A stretch of DNA of 64,000 nt from an uncultured Thermoleophilia bacterium (GTDB lineage: Bacteria; Actinomycetota; Thermoleophilia; UBA2241). Position 1 is the stretch's first letter. The number at the start of each line of letters is the position of its first letter. The stretch spans positions 837-64,836 of the forward strand of contig CAVQSP010000012.1 of assembly GCA_963715985.1 (NCBI GenBank). Reading direction: 5' to 3'. Position numbers and translations under genes: made by a program. Of the stretch, positions 63,136 to 64,000 are shown piece by piece. Under the pieces are notes generated by a model. The model ran no database searches and was not told the origin of the DNA. It was given only the letters and a program-made list of their open reading frames with translations.

Positions 63136-64000
63136 TCACTGTCCGCTGGGCGACAGCTCCTGCCACGTCCCCGGGACGGTCTGGGTGACCGTGGAGGTCG
63201 ATGTGGTGGGGAAGAACACCCAGTCGACGACGTCCTGGCAGTAGGCGATCTGGGCGTTGTTGTTGATGTTCAGCCCGTTGTCGCCGCCGATGGTCAGCAC
63301 TGAGCCCACGACCGCCGGCGCGGTGGCGTTGCCGTTCTGCAGCGTGATGCCCGCCTCGAAGAGGATCATGAGCCCGTAGAACTGGCCGGTGCTGCCCCAG
63401 TTGCAGGTCTGCGTGTAATAGCCGTCGTTGTCGCAGACCATGTACAGGGTCATCGGCCGCGGATGCGGGTGGTTCACGTCGGTGACCATCGTGCCGAAGT
63501 TGATGCTGCCGCTCGTGGTGATCATCTCCGTCGGTCGCGAAGAGAGGGCACATCACCGTGGAGAAGCCGCCGGTGGGCGTGAAGTTGACCCGGAAGACGA
63601 CGAAGGTGTCGCCGTACTCGTCGTTGAACGGGCCACCGTTGCGGGTGAAGACGCCGCCGATCCACATGGGCGCCGGGAGGGCGGCGGTGTCCACGTAGTC
63701 CGTGGTCTTGACCGAGGCGGTGCCGCCCCAGTTCACGTCGCCGATGACGTAGATCGGACCGAACGTGTTGGTGCTCGTCGGACCGAGGATGGTGAAGTCA
63801 CCGCCCGCGTGCAGTGCATTGGCGTTGGTGGTGGTGGTGCCGTTCAGTGTGACATTGCCGTCCACCCAGAGCGCGCCGAAGCGATTGGTGCTGTTCGTGG
63901 TGGCGGTAGTGCTGCAGTTGCCGACCACCCAGGTGGGCCCGAAGCTGTTCACGACGGCAGGAGTAGTAGCGGCGTTGTTGATGCTGAAGGCCCCGCCGAC
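63136..64000 (-). pseudogene. Secreted/surface protein with degenerate Gly/Asn/Thr-rich repeats, 5'-partial (continues past the right edge), 1 frame change
   Basis: ORF 63086..63952 shows the repeated pattern N.FGP.(W/Y)V(V/I)G(N/D) (..NSFGPTWVVGN..NRFGALWVDGN..NTFGPIYVIGD..). The C-terminal part is in ORF 63136..63525. The shift is near 63530. Confidence 0.55.

Overview
This is a very GC-rich bacterial window. The PimA/PimB-type GT4 glycosyltransferases and SigA-type sigma factor suggest an actinobacterium (inference), and the ferredoxin-dependent 2-oxoacid oxidoreductase and corrinoid methyltransferases suggest an anaerobic metabolism. About two thirds of the window (1..45.4 kb) is one accessory catabolic locus. 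It holds seven paralogs of the non-pyrrolysine MttB methyltransferase superfamily and a single corrinoid (B12-binding) protein. It also holds two histidine-ammonia-lyase-family genes, urocanate hydratase, a four-subunit 2-oxoacid:ferredoxin oxidoreductase and succinyl-CoA synthetase. Further genes are an enolase-superfamily enzyme, a molybdopterin-oxidoreductase/ferredoxin/FAD-oxidoreductase module, a class IV aminotransferase, a SAM methyltransferase, two Opp/Dpp-type ABC importers with fused double ATPases, two divergent IclR regulators and a decayed IS1634-like transposase. Most of these genes lie on the minus strand with 1-8 nt overlaps or gaps of a few nt, giving an apparent super-operon from about 26.8 kb to 9.7 kb. 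The right third holds housekeeping genes: pckA, a hisC-like aminotransferase, tRNA-Asp, pimA-like, plsY-like, a second GT4, a two-component pair, csp and sigA. It ends in an integrase/toxin-antitoxin island next to tRNA-Val and a partial surface-protein gene. Many genes show single-base frame changes. These cluster strongly in some genes and are absent from others, so every 'pseudogene' call could be either real decay or local assembly error. Many long ORFs in the supplied track are GC-driven shadow frames or read-through fusions across frameshifts and were not called. No CRISPR array, rRNA or in-frame amber (pyrrolysine) MttB was seen.
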